Assembly: GCA_020437585.1 (NCBI GenBank)
Contig: JAGQWG010000001.1
Location: 216,577-280,576, forward strand
DNA length: 64,000 nt
Direction: 5' to 3'
Source: Ignavibacteriota bacterium
GTDB taxonomy: Bacteria; Bacteroidota; Ignavibacteria; Tepidaquicellales; Tepidaquicellaceae
The notes beneath the pieces are model-generated. The model saw only the letters and a list, made by a program, of their open reading frames with translations, was not told the origin of the DNA and ran no database searches. Positions within the stretch are counted from its first letter, which is position 1. Every line of letters starts with the position of its first letter. Below, piece after piece: positions 19,861-31,390 of the stretch. The position numbers and the translations under genes are program-made.

Positions 19861-20328
19861 ATGCATCATTCTCATTATTTTGAGGATATGGAAATTAAAA
19901 TCTGCAAAACAGAAGAAATACTCCCTCTCAGGATGTTAGTACTGCGGCCGGGCAGACCGGTCGAAGAAGGAAAGTTTCCGGGCGATGAGGATCCATCAAC
20001 TTTCCACCTGGGATTATTCGAAGGAGATAAACTTATTTCGATCGCCTCCTTTTATAAAGAGGATAAAAAAGGTTATGACGGAGTGGGTTACCGGCTTAGA
20101 AGCATGGCGACCGACCCTGCTTCACAGGGAAAAGGCTACGGTAAAAAAATACTGGACTTTGGAATAAACGAACTCAAAAATAGGAAGGTCGATTATCTCT
20201 GGTGCAACGCAAGAACAAAGGCAACCAGCTTTTATAGAAATTTCGGCTTCTCGGTTATTTCGGAAGAATTCGAAATCCCTACGATCGGTCCTCACTTTGA
20301 AATGATGTTAAAACTGGATCAGGATTGA
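19861..20328 (+). CDS. GNAT family N-acetyltransferase
   Basis: RSMATDPASQGKGYGKKIL...YRNFGF is the acetyl-CoA binding motif. Confidence 0.8.
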   Translation: MHHSHYFEDMEIKICKTEEILPLRMLVLRPGRPVEEGKFPGDEDPSTFHLGLFEGDKLISIASFYKEDKKGYDGVGYRLRSMATDPASQGKGYGKKILDFGINELKNRKVDYLWCNARTKATSFYRNFGFSVISEEFEIPTIGPHFEMMLKLDQD

Positions 20329-21512
20329 ATGACCCAAAGAAAATACGCATAGAAAATTACTCATACGAACTTCCGGAAGAAAGGATTGCTCGCTACCCTC
20401 TTGAAAAACGGGATTCCTCTAAGCTGCTTGTTTACACGGACGGAAAAATTTCCGAAGATATATTTAGTCATATCACCGAACATATTCCCGAGAATTCAAT
20501 TGTAATTTTTAACGATACAAAAGTTATCCAGGCACGGATACTGTTTGAGCGTGAAGGCTCAAAACATATAGAGATATTCTGTCTTGACCCACATAATAAA
20601 CCTCTAGAAACAGCCCTTAATGCAAAAGAGCGATGTACATGGGTATGCATGATCGGCAACTTGCGGAAATGGAAATCGGGAATTCTCGAAAAAGATTTTA
20701 CAGGCGGGACACTCCGCGCCGAACTAAAAGGTAATGCCGGGGATAATTATCTCGTAGAGTTTTCCTGGGAACCGGACGGTATTACATTTTCAGAGATCCT
20801 TGAATCGATCGGCGAAACTCCCATTCCCCCTTATCTTAAGCGAAATGCTGAAGAATCAGACAGAACCCGTTACCAGACAATCTATGCAGAACATGAGGGG
20901 TCAGTTGCTGCGCCTACAGCGGGGCTTCATTTTACCGATGAAGTTCTGGAAAAACTTCGGCAAAAAAATATTGAGATAGGGAAAGTTACCCTTCATGTTG
21001 GAGCCGGAACATTCAAGCCGGTAAAATCGGAGCTGATTGGTCAGCATACCATGCATAGCGAATTTGTAACCATTCCGGCGAGGACAATCGACCTTTTGAC
21101 TGAAAATAGAAATATTGTTTGTGTTGGTACCACTTCTTTACGTACAATAGAGAGTATACCTTATATTGCAGCTAAAATATTTGACCTGGAAATAAGAATT
21201 GATCAATGGGAGCCATATAATGATCAATTATTATCAAAAACTGACCAAAATCCGTTAAAAATCATCCAAAATCACCTCAAAATGACCAGAAATGACCACA
21301 TTTCTGCTCAAACAGGTATTATGATTGTACCGGGATTTAAGTTTAAATATACCAATATATTAGTTACAAATTTCCACCAACCGAATAGCACATTACTTTT
21401 GCTGGTTTCAGCCTTTGTGGGCAATGATTGGCAAAAAATATACGATTTTGCTCTCAAAAATGATTTCAGATTCCTCAGTTACGGAGATTCATCCATTCTC
21501 TGCAGAAATTAA
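20325..21512 (+). CDS. queA: S-adenosylmethionine:tRNA ribosyltransferase-isomerase
   Basis: YELPEERIARYPLEKRDSSKLLV, PPYLKR, YQTIYA...GSVAAPTAGLHFT, TLHVGAGTF, VGTTSLRTIES and FHQPNSTLL. Confidence 0.93.
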   Translation: MNDPKKIRIENYSYELPEERIARYPLEKRDSSKLLVYTDGKISEDIFSHITEHIPENSIVIFNDTKVIQARILFEREGSKHIEIFCLDPHNKPLETALNAKERCTWVCMIGNLRKWKSGILEKDFTGGTLRAELKGNAGDNYLVEFSWEPDGITFSEILESIGETPIPPYLKRNAEESDRTRYQTIYAEHEGSVAAPTAGLHFTDEVLEKLRQKNIEIGKVTLHVGAGTFKPVKSELIGQHTMHSEFVTIPARTIDLLTENRNIVCVGTTSLRTIESIPYIAAKIFDLEIRIDQWEPYNDQLLSKTDQNPLKIIQNHLKMTRNDHISAQTGIMIVPGFKFKYTNILVTNFHQPNSTLLLLVSAFVGNDWQKIYDFALKNDFRFLSYGDSSILCRN

Positions 21513-21592
21513 TTTCATTGTTACTATTTAAGGTATTAGCTATATTTAATGTTCATATAATTTAGCAACTTAAATCTTAGGAAGGGAATTAG

Positions 21593-22081
21593 ATGTCTTT
21601 AAAAGTTGGCGATAAAGCCCCGGATTTTACACTCAAATCTAAAAACATGACCGGGGAAGTAAAGGATTATTCTCTTAGTGATTATAAAGGGAAAAATGTT
21701 GTCTTGCTGTTTCACCCTCAGGCTTTCACAGGTGTTTGCACAGATGAGATGTGCAGCATAACAGACGGACTAAATGAATACAAGGACTTGAATGCTGAAG
21801 TACTTGGCATTAGTGTTGATTCCATCTTTACACTTGATGCATGGTCAAAAGCAAACAATATAGGTATTCCACTATTAAGTGACTTTAACAAGGAAGTTAT
21901 TAAATCATACGATACAATTTATCCGGACGGCGGGTTTGGTTTTGATATGAATGGTGTCTCGAGAAGAAGCGCATTTGTAATAGATAAGGACGGGGTTGTA
22001 CAATATGCTGAAGTTTTGGAAAGTGCCGGCGACCTTCCTAATTTTGATAAAATCAAAGAAGTTCTCGCAACGCTTTCTTAA
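21593..22081 (+). CDS. Peroxiredoxin (AhpC/TSA-redoxin family)
   Basis: KVGDKAPDFTL...GKNVVLLFHPQAFTGVCTDEMC, plus the DAWSK motif. Confidence 0.85.
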   Translation: MSLKVGDKAPDFTLKSKNMTGEVKDYSLSDYKGKNVVLLFHPQAFTGVCTDEMCSITDGLNEYKDLNAEVLGISVDSIFTLDAWSKANNIGIPLLSDFNKEVIKSYDTIYPDGGFGFDMNGVSRRSAFVIDKDGVVQYAEVLESAGDLPNFDKIKEVLATLS

Positions 22082-22094
22082 TGCGTTTGCTTAT

Positions 22095-23039
22095 ATGAAG
22101 ATTGCAAGAGACCTTAACGAAGTAGAATTTGACAGGAAAAGCGCGGTAACAGTAGGCACGTTCGACGGTGTACACCTGGGACACAGACAGATAATTAATG
22201 AGTTAAATAAAGTAAAAGAGGACAAAGGATTAAGAAGTGTTGTAATAACATTCGACCCGCATCCTCAAATCGTTCTTAGAAATAAAGCTAAAGACATAAA
22301 GCTTTTAAACACAACAGAAGAGAAACTGGATCATTTTCGTGAGCTCGACATAGACCTGGTATATATCATAAACTTCACCAAAGAATTCTCACAAACACAT
22401 GCAGTCGATTTTTACAAGAACTACCTTATAAACGGGGTAGGGCTGTCCGATTTGGTTCTCGGCTATGACCACATGTTCGGCAAGAACAGGGAAGGTAACT
22501 TCGAAACCCTGAAGGAACTAAGCAGTGAATACGATTTCGAAGTACACAAGATAGATGAATTTGCGCCGGGCGGTGAGCATGTAAGCAGTACGGACATAAG
22601 ACACGCTCTCGACTCAGGGGATATTCCCAAAGCATACAGGCTTCTCGGAGAGCGGTTTTCTATCACAGGTACAGTGGTCCACGGTCACAAGAAAGGACGG
22701 GAACTTGGTTACCCGACTGCTAATATTGAGCTTGATTCACATTTTAAGCTTATCCCAAGACTCGGCATTTACGCCGTTCAGGCTGAACTAGAGGGTAAGA
22801 GATACTTCGGAATGATGAGCATTGGATATAACCCGACGGTTACCGATGAAAAGCAGTTGAGAATAGAAGTTCACATTTTCGATTTTGACGAAAATGTTTA
22901 CGGCAAGAAGATAAAGATAAATCTTCTTGAATATCTCAGGGAGGAAAAGAAGTTTGATTCCCTGGATGAATTAATAAAAGAAATGAATTCCGATAAGGAA
23001 AAAACATTATTAATAATAGAAAAACTAAAGAATAACTAA
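22095..23039 (+). CDS. ribF: Bifunctional riboflavin kinase / FMN adenylyltransferase
   Basis: TVGTFDGVHLGHRQ, FDPHP, GYDHMFG, VVHGHKKGRELGYPTAN and GMMSIGYNPT. The start is moved to the in-frame ATG at 22095 because the track ORF overlaps the peroxiredoxin gene. Confidence 0.9.
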   Translation: MKIARDLNEVEFDRKSAVTVGTFDGVHLGHRQIINELNKVKEDKGLRSVVITFDPHPQIVLRNKAKDIKLLNTTEEKLDHFRELDIDLVYIINFTKEFSQTHAVDFYKNYLINGVGLSDLVLGYDHMFGKNREGNFETLKELSSEYDFEVHKIDEFAPGGEHVSSTDIRHALDSGDIPKAYRLLGERFSITGTVVHGHKKGRELGYPTANIELDSHFKLIPRLGIYAVQAELEGKRYFGMMSIGYNPTVTDEKQLRIEVHIFDFDENVYGKKIKINLLEYLREEKKFDSLDELIKEMNSDKEKTLLIIEKLKNN

Positions 23040-23055
23040 ACATTTAAAGAATTAA

Positions 23056-23328
23056 ATGGGACTAACAACAGAAGAAAAAAAGGAGATCATCACCAAATTT
23101 GGTAAGAATGAAAAGGATTCCGGAAAGCCGGAAGTTCAGATCGCTATCTTAACAAAAAGGATAAAGGACCTCTCCGCCGATCATTTCAGCAAACACAAAA
23201 AAGACCATCACTCAAATACAGGTCTTCTTAAAATGGTAGGTAAAAGAAGAAAACTCCTGAGATATCTGGAAAACACAGACATCGAAAGGTACAGAAAGGT
23301 TGTAAAAGACCTCGAACTCAGAAAGTAA
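23056..23328 (+). CDS. rpsO: 30S ribosomal protein S15
   Basis: 90 aa. [49 protein letters not shown]. Confidence 0.95.
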   Translation: MGLTTEEKKEIITKFGKNEKDSGKPEVQIAILTKRIKDLSADHFSKHKKDHHSNTGLLKMVGKRRKLLRYLENTDIERYRKVVKDLELRK

Positions 23329-23344
23329 ACATTCAAAAAAATTA

Positions 23345-25468
23345 ATGACACACAGAAAAAGTATTGAGATTGGCGGTAGAACGTTAACGCTCGAAACAGG
23401 AAAATTAGCAAAACAGGCAGGCGGAGCGGTTCTGGTATCGCTTGATGATAACGTTGTGTTATGTACTGCTACGGCTAAAGACGAACCAAATCCCGGTCAG
23501 GATTTTTTCCCGCTTACGGTTGATTACAGGGAAAAAACAGCATCGGTAGGAAAGATCCCCGGCGGATTTTTCAAAAGAGAAGGAAGACCATCAGAAAAGG
23601 AGATCCTCTCTTCAAGACTAATAGACAGACCTATCCGTCCAATGTTCCCGGATGGATTTTTTAACGAAACACAGATATTATGCTCGGTGTATTCATCTGA
23701 CGGCCAGGTAGATCCGGACGTGATCGCAGCTACAGGTGCATCGGCAGCATTATTGATCTCAAATATACCTTTCGACAACCCGATAGCTGAGGTTAGAGTT
23801 TCAAGAGTCGACGGACAGCTTATGATAAATCCGACTCATGAACAATTGGACAAAGCAGATTATGATATTACTGTTGCAGGTACAGTTGATTCTGTAGTTA
23901 TGGTCGAAGGTGAAGCAAATGAAATTTCCGAAGACGAATTCCTAGAAGCAATAAAATTTGCTCACAGCAATATTGCGAAGCTTTGTGAATTCCAGAAAGA
24001 ATTTGCTGCTGAGGTAGCAAAACCAAAAATGGAGGTAACGCCTCCTGAAGTTAACCAGGAATTGCTCAGCCAGATAAACGATCTATACTTAAATGAAATA
24101 ACCGCGATACTTTCCAATCCTGATCTTAAAAAGGCGGAAAGACACGATGCAAAGAAAGAACTTGATACAAAAGTTTTAACAACTCTTGAAGAAAAATACA
24201 CTGCCGAAGAAAAAGAATTCGATGCAAAAGAAGCCGGAGAAATTATGCATGATATTCAGAGCGACATTCTCCGTAATAGGATATTAAAAGAAAAGGTAAG
24301 ACTTGACGGCAGGGGACTTACCGATATTAGAGCAATATCATGCGAAGTAGGAGTTCTTCCCAGAACCCACGGATCGGCGTTATTCACAAGGGGCGAGACA
24401 CAAAGCTTAACAACAGTTACTCTTGGCACCAAAAGAGACGAACAGCTTATCGAAGGATTAAAGGAGTTGTCTACAAAGAGATTCATCCTTCATTACAACT
24501 TCCCGCCCTTCAGTACAGGTGAAGTTGGCGGAAGACCGGGACCGGGACGTAGAGAAGTTGGACACGGTAACCTGGCTGAAAGAGCATTGAAGAAAGTTCT
24601 TCCTTCCGAGGATGATTTCCCCTATACAATCAGGGTTGTATCCGATATTCTGGAATCGAACGGTTCCTCTTCTATGGCTACTGTTTGCGCAGGCTCCATG
24701 GCACTGATGGATGCCGGTGTTAAGACAAAGATGCCTGTTGCGGGTATAGCAATGGGTCTTATAAAAGAAGGCGACGACGTAGCTGTGCTGTCCGATATTC
24801 TCGGCGATGAAGACCACTTCGGTGATATGGACTTTAAAGTTGCCGGTACGGAGAATGGAATCACATCCATCCAGATGGACATAAAGATAACCGGTATTTC
24901 TTTTGATATCATGCAGACGGCATTGACCCAGGCAAAAGCTGGAAGGCTTCATATACTCAGCAAAATGAACGAAGCTATTTCTGTACCGAGAGAGTCGATC
25001 TCAAACTATGCACCGCATCTCTATTCTATGTATGTACCTGTAGATATGATCGGTACTGTGATCGGACCGGGCGGTAAGATGATAAGACATATCATCGCGG
25101 AAAGCGGAGCTGAGATAGACATCGACGACGAAGGTAAAGTTACAATTGCGGCGGTAAGCGGAGACAGCGCTCACATCGCTAAAGATATGATCGCGAAACT
25201 TACCGAAGTACCTGAAGCAGGTAAGACATACACCGGTAAGGTAAAATCAATAAAAGACTTCGGAGCATTTATTGAAATACTTCCGGGTAAGGAAGGGCTT
25301 CTCCATATCTCTGAAATAGATCATAAACGTATTAATAAAGTTGAAGATGCTCTTAAAATGGGTCAGGAAATAGAAGTTAAGCTTCTCGGCATTGATAATA
25401 TGGGCAAGCTAAAGCTCAGCCGTAAAGCACTTCTGCCTAAACCCGAACGTCAACCTGAAAAACAATAA
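23345..25468 (+). CDS. pnp: Polyribonucleotide nucleotidyltransferase (PNPase)
   Basis: 707 aa with two RNase PH domains, a KH domain and an S1 domain. Motifs FFPLTVDYREK, FFKREGRPSE, GSSSMA and DHFGDMDFKVAGT. Follows rpsO in the canonical order. Confidence 0.97.
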   Translation: MTHRKSIEIGGRTLTLETGKLAKQAGGAVLVSLDDNVVLCTATAKDEPNPGQDFFPLTVDYREKTASVGKIPGGFFKREGRPSEKEILSSRLIDRPIRPMFPDGFFNETQILCSVYSSDGQVDPDVIAATGASAALLISNIPFDNPIAEVRVSRVDGQLMINPTHEQLDKADYDITVAGTVDSVVMVEGEANEISEDEFLEAIKFAHSNIAKLCEFQKEFAAEVAKPKMEVTPPEVNQELLSQINDLYLNEITAILSNPDLKKAERHDAKKELDTKVLTTLEEKYTAEEKEFDAKEAGEIMHDIQSDILRNRILKEKVRLDGRGLTDIRAISCEVGVLPRTHGSALFTRGETQSLTTVTLGTKRDEQLIEGLKELSTKRFILHYNFPPFSTGEVGGRPGPGRREVGHGNLAERALKKVLPSEDDFPYTIRVVSDILESNGSSSMATVCAGSMALMDAGVKTKMPVAGIAMGLIKEGDDVAVLSDILGDEDHFGDMDFKVAGTENGITSIQMDIKITGISFDIMQTALTQAKAGRLHILSKMNEAISVPRESISNYAPHLYSMYVPVDMIGTVIGPGGKMIRHIIAESGAEIDIDDEGKVTIAAVSGDSAHIAKDMIAKLTEVPEAGKTYTGKVKSIKDFGAFIEILPGKEGLLHISEIDHKRINKVEDALKMGQEIEVKLLGIDNMGKLKLSRKALLPKPERQPEKQ

Positions 25469-25473
25469 TTATA

Positions 25474-25779
25474 ATGAAATTCGAAGTAGATAAACAGCCG
25501 GACAAGACTATTTTTAAACTCGAAAACGATACTCTCGGTCATGAACTCGCCGCAGATCTGAAAACTGAGTTATTATTTCTTCAGAAGGAAATTGATAACC
25601 AGTTCATAATAGACCTCGGCGACGTGATAAAATGCGACAGCAGCGGTATATCATGCCTGCTTATGTCTGAAAGAGTCGAAAGAGAAAAGAACAGGAAACT
25701 TATTCTCAGGAATGTGAATGAAAGCGTGATGGATATTATAAAAATTGCGCGCCTTGAGAGAGTTTTCGACTTCGAATAA
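25474..25779 (+). CDS. STAS-domain protein (anti-sigma factor antagonist-like)
   Basis: 101 aa. The IIDLGDVIKCDSSGISCLL motif resembles SpoIIAA. Confidence 0.65.
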   Translation: MKFEVDKQPDKTIFKLENDTLGHELAADLKTELLFLQKEIDNQFIIDLGDVIKCDSSGISCLLMSERVEREKNRKLILRNVNESVMDIIKIARLERVFDFE

Positions 25780-25848
25780 GATTTCGTTTTATATTTATAT
25801 TCAAGCTTCTTATCATAATATTTTGGTAAGAAGTTTTTTTATACTCAT

Positions 25849-26196
25849 ATGGATAAAGACTACGTAAAACTCTGTAAGACATCCGAAGTTTACAATAAAA
25901 AAGGAAAACTGTTTCAGGTAGACGATGAAACGGAAGTTGTCATATTTAAAGTGAATGATAATTTCTACGCAGTGGATAACGTCTGTCCTCATAACCATTC
26001 TCCGCTTATCTATGATGGGTATATAGAGGGAATGTATGTCGCTTGTCCCGTTCATGGATTCCAGTTTCACCTGGAGACAGGTGAACAGCCAACAAAGATG
26101 GGGTATAAGCTGAGAACCTTTCCGCTCAAGATTGAGAATGAAGTTATCTATGTAAAGAAGCCGGATAGAAAGATATTTGATTTTAAATGGGACTGA
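25849..26196 (+). CDS. Rieske [2Fe-2S] domain protein (NirD-like small ferredoxin)
   Basis: CPHNHSPL and CPVHGFQF cluster ligand motifs. 115 aa. Confidence 0.8.
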   Translation: MDKDYVKLCKTSEVYNKKGKLFQVDDETEVVIFKVNDNFYAVDNVCPHNHSPLIYDGYIEGMYVACPVHGFQFHLETGEQPTKMGYKLRTFPLKIENEVIYVKKPDRKIFDFKWD

Positions 26197-26200
26197 TACT

Positions 26201-27142
26201 ATGAGCTTCTCCAAAAAGGAATTAACCATTACGATCAAAAATATTTGCGCGAATGAGGGCTTTTCAAAAGTAGGTATTGCTAAAGCAGAGAAGCTAACAG
26301 AAGAAGAACCGTATTTTAAAAAATGGCTGACAAAAGAGATGAACGGTGACATGAAATGGATGAATAATTCGTTTGAAAAAAGGCTTGACCCGCGACGGAT
26401 AGACGAAAATATAAGATCTGTTATCTCATTGGCATATTTATATGATACCCCCGTATTGCATTCGAATGATACTAATATTCCTAAGATCTCGCGCTATGCA
26501 TGGGGAAAGAGGGATTATCACAAAGTTCTTAAAAAGAAACTAAAGTCTGTTTGCAGATCTATCGAGGAACTATCCCCGGAGATCAAAACATGGTCATATG
26601 TTGACGACGGACCGGTTATGGATAAAGCCTGGGCAGTTCGCTCCGGTATCGGCTGGATGGGTAAACATACAAATGTCATTAATCCTGACATTGGAAGTTT
26701 TTTCTTCCTCTGTGATATCTTTCTCAATTTCGAACTCGAGTATGACGAACCGATTGGAGATCTTTGCAAAAATTGCACTCTTTGTATAAATGCCTGTCCG
26801 ACAGGAGCTATTTATGATGAGTACAAACTCGACGCGAACCTTTGTATTTCGTACCAGACGATCGAGAATAGGAATGGAATACCTGATGACATTTCACTTG
26901 AGGGCTGGATATTCGGATGTGACATATGCCAGGATGTATGTCCATATAACGGCAGGAAAGTATTTACCAATGACGATAACTTCTACCCAAGAATTGACGT
27001 AATTAATAAGACATTTGATGAACAGCTGGGAATGACTGAGGAAGAGTTTAATACTATATTCGAAGGTACCCCGATCCGCCGAACAAAATATTCCGGCTGG
27101 ATGAGAAATCTTAAAAAGGCTAAACAAAAAGTTTTACATTAA
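26201..27142 (+). CDS. queG: tRNA epoxyqueuosine(34) reductase
   Basis: Motifs ISRYAWGKRDYH, GIGWMGKHTNVI, 4Fe-4S CKNCTLCINACPTGA and CDICQDVCPYN. The start is placed at the ATG at 26201, which is in frame with the track ORF. Confidence 0.88.
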   Translation: MSFSKKELTITIKNICANEGFSKVGIAKAEKLTEEEPYFKKWLTKEMNGDMKWMNNSFEKRLDPRRIDENIRSVISLAYLYDTPVLHSNDTNIPKISRYAWGKRDYHKVLKKKLKSVCRSIEELSPEIKTWSYVDDGPVMDKAWAVRSGIGWMGKHTNVINPDIGSFFFLCDIFLNFELEYDEPIGDLCKNCTLCINACPTGAIYDEYKLDANLCISYQTIENRNGIPDDISLEGWIFGCDICQDVCPYNGRKVFTNDDNFYPRIDVINKTFDEQLGMTEEEFNTIFEGTPIRRTKYSGWMRNLKKAKQKVLH

Positions 27143-27157
27143 ACACAATACACCAAC

Positions 27158-28249
27158 ATGCTAAAAATTTCTATCTCCCTAATTCTCTTTATTATTGCAT
27201 TTTTAAGCATAAATTCATATGCGCAATACAGCTCACCTGAGAGTGTGACTTACGATTCCGTAACCAAACGATACTTTATTTCAAATACCAGCAGCGGTAA
27301 AGTCCTTCAGAGAAGCCAGGCCGGTGTTGTAACGGACTTTGTTACTCCCGGTGGCACGCTTCGCGGTCTCACTATTTACAATGGGGTCTTATACGCAGCC
27401 ACAAGTAACTCTGTTAAAGGTTACGATCTGAATACGGGTACACCAGGCATGAATCTCTCGATGGGTACCTCACTCAATGGCATAGATGCTGATACAAACG
27501 GGTATCTTTACGTATCTAACTTTACCTCAGCCGGGACAATTTACAAAATCCGTATTTCCGATAATCAATTCTGGGCTTTTGCAACTGTACCTAGAACGCC
27601 TAATGGTGTTTATGCAGATTACAAAAGGAACCGTCTCCTGGTAGTTGCATGGGGTGGCAGCGCAACTGTAATAAGCGTAAACCTTACCGATTCTACCGAT
27701 GTAACAACTCTGGTAACAACTCCTTATAGTAATCTTGACGGTATCTCGCTGGATAGAAATGATCACGTCTATTGTTCGTCTTATAGTAGTAATTTGGTCT
27801 TCCGATACGACATTAACTTTGCCTCTTCCCCTGCAGTAGTTGTCAACACAGGTCTTTCCAGCCCTGCCGACATATATGTAAATCGTATCACCGATACACT
27901 CGCTGTACCAAATGCAGGTAATAATACTGTAAGCTTTATTCCATTAACAGTACCAACAACTATACAACATACAAACAATATTGCTGATGGATACTTCCTT
28001 AAGCAAAATTACCCGAATCCATTCAACCCCTCGACAAATATCTCTTTTGAGATAAAAGAAAAAGGATTGGTAACTTTGAAGGTTTATGATATACTTGGCA
28101 ATGAGATGGCATCACTCGTAAATGAGGAGCTAAACTCAGGAAGCTATAATGTAACATTCGACGCTTCCAATTTTACAAGCGGGGTTTATTTTTACGAATT
28201 GAAATCAGGAAGTTATAGAGATACTAAAAAGATGTTGTTAGTAAAATAA
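27158..28249 (+). CDS. Secreted beta-propeller-like protein with T9SS C-terminal sorting domain
   Basis: Signal peptide. C-terminus: QNYPNPFNPSTNISFEI...VTLKVYDILGNE...SGVYFYELKSG...KKMLLVK. Confidence 0.75.
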   Translation: MLKISISLILFIIAFLSINSYAQYSSPESVTYDSVTKRYFISNTSSGKVLQRSQAGVVTDFVTPGGTLRGLTIYNGVLYAATSNSVKGYDLNTGTPGMNLSMGTSLNGIDADTNGYLYVSNFTSAGTIYKIRISDNQFWAFATVPRTPNGVYADYKRNRLLVVAWGGSATVISVNLTDSTDVTTLVTTPYSNLDGISLDRNDHVYCSSYSSNLVFRYDINFASSPAVVVNTGLSSPADIYVNRITDTLAVPNAGNNTVSFIPLTVPTTIQHTNNIADGYFLKQNYPNPFNPSTNISFEIKEKGLVTLKVYDILGNEMASLVNEELNSGSYNVTFDASNFTSGVYFYELKSGSYRDTKKMLLVK

Positions 28250-28659
28250 TGGTAGAAATCAACATAACATACGAAGGCGACCTTCACTGCCGGGCTGTTC
28301 ACGGTCCCAGCGGGGTCGTTATCGAAACCGACGCTCCCGTCGATAATCAGGGTAAGGGCGAATCCTTTTCACCGACTGACCTGCTTGCAACATCATTTGG
28401 AGTGTGTAACCTGACTTTAATGGGGATCTGTGCGCGTGGGCATGACATTGACCTTATGGGAACAACCGTCCGCGTGGAAAAACACATGACTAAAGAAAAA
28501 CCGCGTAAGGTGGCAAGGTTAGTTGTCGAAATAAATCTTCCGGCTGGGATACCTCATAACAAAAGGGACGTTCTCGAACATGCCGCTCGGACATGTCCTG
28601 TGGCATTGAGCATTAGTCCGGAAGTAGTTATTGAGCAGAGCTTTACTTACCCTGACTAA
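28249..28659 (+). CDS. OsmC-family protein
   Basis: 136 aa. Contains [14 protein letters not shown] and [12 protein letters not shown], the two conserved OsmC cysteine motifs. Confidence 0.8.
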   Translation: MVEINITYEGDLHCRAVHGPSGVVIETDAPVDNQGKGESFSPTDLLATSFGVCNLTLMGICARGHDIDLMGTTVRVEKHMTKEKPRKVARLVVEINLPAGIPHNKRDVLEHAARTCPVALSISPEVVIEQSFTYPD

Positions 28660-31373
28660 TCCCTAAGGTTTGCCCTCGCAGCAGCAAGTCTTGCTATAGG
28701 TACTCTGAATGGTGAACAGCTAACGTAGTCCAGCCCCAGTCTGTGACAGAATTCCACGGATGCGGGTTCCCCGCCGTGTTCTCCGCAAATTCCTATTTTT
28801 AATTTCGGCTTTACTTTTCGCCCTCGCTCGACCCCAACTTCCATTAATACACCTACCCCTTCCTGGTCAATCGTTTCAAAGGGATCTCTTGCAAATATCT
28901 CATTCTCCACATAAAATGGCATAAATATACTGGAGTCATCTCTGGATATTCCGTATGTAAGTTGTGTCAGGTCGTTTGTACCAAATGAAAAGAAATCAGC
29001 TTCTTTCGCAATATTCCCTGCGATGATCGCGGCTCTTGGTATTTCTATCATTGTGCCAACCTTGTGATTGATCTTTATCTTCTCCTTCTCCATGACTTCC
29101 TTAGCTACTCTTTCAACTATTTCCTTTTGTAAAATAAATTCATTCTCATTACCAACCAGGGGTATCATTATCTCCGGATGAACTTCTATTCCTTCTTTCT
29201 TAACTTTCGCCGCTGCCTCGAATATTGCTCTTGCCTGCATCTCCGTTATCTCTGGATATGTATTTGCAAGACGGCATCCCCTGTGACCCAGCATCGGGTT
29301 AAATTCCCTTAACGCATTAAGCTTGTATTTTATTTCATCCACCGACGTTCCTATTAATTCGGCAAGTTTCTGTATCTCGAGATCCGTATGAGGTAAAAAC
29401 TCATGTAGTGGAGGATCTAAAGTTCTAATTGTGACCGGTTTCCCTTTCATTACCCTGAATATTCCTGTAAAGTCTTTCCTCTGGTAAGGAAGGATCTTTG
29501 CCAGCGCTTTCCGTCTTCCTGTTTCGTCATATGCCAGTATCATCTCTCTTACAGCATCTATCCTGTCACCACCAAAAAACATATGCTCCGTCCTGCAAAG
29601 CCCTATTCCCTCAGCACCGAATGCAACGGCATTCTCAGCCTGGTCCGGCTGGTCTGCATTTGTCCTGACACCCAGCTTTCTGTTCTTATCCACCCAGCCC
29701 ATAAATTTTGCATACATCTGATATAGTTTCGACTGGCTCGGTTTCATGGTCTTATCTATAAGAACCGCTAAGACTTCTGATGGCTTGGTATCCAGCTTCC
29801 CGGCGATTACTTCACCCGTAGAACCGTCTATTGAAATGTAGTCCCCTTCCCTGATTACAGTGTCTTTACCTTCCGCCTTTATCGTTTTCAATAGATAGTC
29901 TATATCGAGGATCGTACATCCGGCTACACATACTTTTCCCATCTGTCTTGCAACAAGAGCCGCATGCGATGTCATTCCGCCTTTGGAGGTAAGAATACCT
30001 TCCGATGCATTCATACCGCGTATGTCTTCAGGTGATGTTTCTATCCTTACAAGTATCACTTGCTCACCTCTGGCAGCTGCATTTACTGCATCGAATGAAT
30101 TAAAATAAACTCTCCCCGTAGCTGCACCCGGTCCGGCATTGAGCCCTTTCGCAAGGAGCCTGCCGTCTTTGATAGCATTATCCTTCTGTTTGGAATCGAA
30201 TATCGGTCTAAGCAAATGGTTGAATTGTTTCGGCTCGACACGCATTATAGCTTCCTTCTGGCTGATAAGTTTCTCATCCGCCATTTCGACTGCCATTCTT
30301 AGAGCCGCTATGCCTGTCCTCTTACCAACCCTGCATTGAAGCATGTAAAGCTTACCGTCCTGTATTGTGAACTCGACATCCATCATATCTCTATAGTGCT
30401 TCTCGAGGGTCCTTCTGATCTTATCGAGCTCCTTATATATCTTTGGAGAATCCTTTTCCAGCTTGGTTATCGATAGCGGTGTCCTGGTTCCTGCCACAAC
30501 GTCCTCACCCTGGGCATTCATCAGGTACTCACCGTAGAACTTGTTCTCTCCCGTTGCCGGGTCACGTGTAAACGCAACTCCCGTTCCGGACGTTTCTCCC
30601 ATATTTCCAAATACCATCGACTGCACATTAACTGCCGTTCCCCATTCTTTCGGGATATTGTTCAGTTTCCTGTAAACTATCGCCCTGTCATTCATCCATG
30701 AACGGAAGACCGCACCGATGGCTCCCCATAGCTGCTCCATTGGATCAGTCGGGAAGTTATGCCCGGTATTCTTCTTAATTGCATTCTTGAATTCATCCAC
30801 CAACTCTTTCAGATCGTCGGTGCTGAATTCAGTATCGTATTTTATTCCTTTCTGACGCTTCTTTTCTTCTATTACTTCTTCGAATGGATCGATCTGGTTC
30901 TTGTCCGCAGGCTTTAGATCGAGTACAACGTCTCCGTACATCTGAACAAATCTCCTGTAGCAGTCATATGCAAACCACTCATTTCCGGATTTCTTAGATA
31001 ATGCTTCGACCGTAGTATCATTAAGTCCCAGGTTCAAAACCGTATCCATCATCCCCGGCATCGAAGCTCTTGCTCCGGAGCGCACACTCACTAATAGCGG
31101 GTTCTTGGAATCACCAAATTTCGCACCCATTAACTTCTCGATCTTCTTAAGTGCTTCCTGTACCTGATTTTTTAACTCCTTTGGGTATTTCTTTTTGTTT
31201 GCGTAATAGTATGTACAAACATCCGTTGTTATTGTGAATCCGGGAGGAACGGGAAGCTTAAGGTTGGTCATCTCGGCAAGATTCGCCCCTTTTCCCCCTA
31301 GAAGGTTTTTCATGTTAGCTTTCCCCTCAGCCTTTCCATTGCCGAAGAAGTAAACGTATTTTTTTGATTTCAT
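28656..31373 (-). CDS. ppdK: Pyruvate, phosphate dikinase
   Basis: 905 aa. Motifs [10 protein letters not shown], phosphohistidine [15 protein letters not shown], and the PEP-utilising C-terminal [11 protein letters not shown] and CGEHGG. Confidence 0.97.
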   Translation of the reverse strand: MKSKKYVYFFGNGKAEGKANMKNLLGGKGANLAEMTNLKLPVPPGFTITTDVCTYYYANKKKYPKELKNQVQEALKKIEKLMGAKFGDSKNPLLVSVRSGARASMPGMMDTVLNLGLNDTTVEALSKKSGNEWFAYDCYRRFVQMYGDVVLDLKPADKNQIDPFEEVIEEKKRQKGIKYDTEFSTDDLKELVDEFKNAIKKNTGHNFPTDPMEQLWGAIGAVFRSWMNDRAIVYRKLNNIPKEWGTAVNVQSMVFGNMGETSGTGVAFTRDPATGENKFYGEYLMNAQGEDVVAGTRTPLSITKLEKDSPKIYKELDKIRRTLEKHYRDMMDVEFTIQDGKLYMLQCRVGKRTGIAALRMAVEMADEKLISQKEAIMRVEPKQFNHLLRPIFDSKQKDNAIKDGRLLAKGLNAGPGAATGRVYFNSFDAVNAAARGEQVILVRIETSPEDIRGMNASEGILTSKGGMTSHAALVARQMGKVCVAGCTILDIDYLLKTIKAEGKDTVIREGDYISIDGSTGEVIAGKLDTKPSEVLAVLIDKTMKPSQSKLYQMYAKFMGWVDKNRKLGVRTNADQPDQAENAVAFGAEGIGLCRTEHMFFGGDRIDAVREMILAYDETGRRKALAKILPYQRKDFTGIFRVMKGKPVTIRTLDPPLHEFLPHTDLEIQKLAELIGTSVDEIKYKLNALREFNPMLGHRGCRLANTYPEITEMQARAIFEAAAKVKKEGIEVHPEIMIPLVGNENEFILQKEIVERVAKEVMEKEKIKINHKVGTMIEIPRAAIIAGNIAKEADFFSFGTNDLTQLTYGISRDDSSIFMPFYVENEIFARDPFETIDQEGVGVLMEVGVERGRKVKPKLKIGICGEHGGEPASVEFCHRLGLDYVSCSPFRVPIARLAAARANLRD

Positions 31374-31390
31374 TTAAAGAAGTTTATAAT

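Noticed and set aside
21996-22094. N-terminal extension of ribF given by the longest ORF.
   Set aside because: It overlaps the 3' end of the peroxiredoxin gene by 86 nt. The conserved RibF N-terminus (TVGTFDGVHLGH) follows shortly after the internal ATG at 22095.
25813-26352. 179-aa minus-strand ORF. Similar long antisense ORFs occur at 24458-24952, 9046-9462, 15836-16267, 33275-33766 and 44858-45685.
   Set aside because: They lie fully opposite confidently identified genes (Rieske/queG, pnp, rhodanese, the acidic linker gene, ptsN-like, epimerase). Their composition is low-complexity or biased, which is typical of shadow ORFs.
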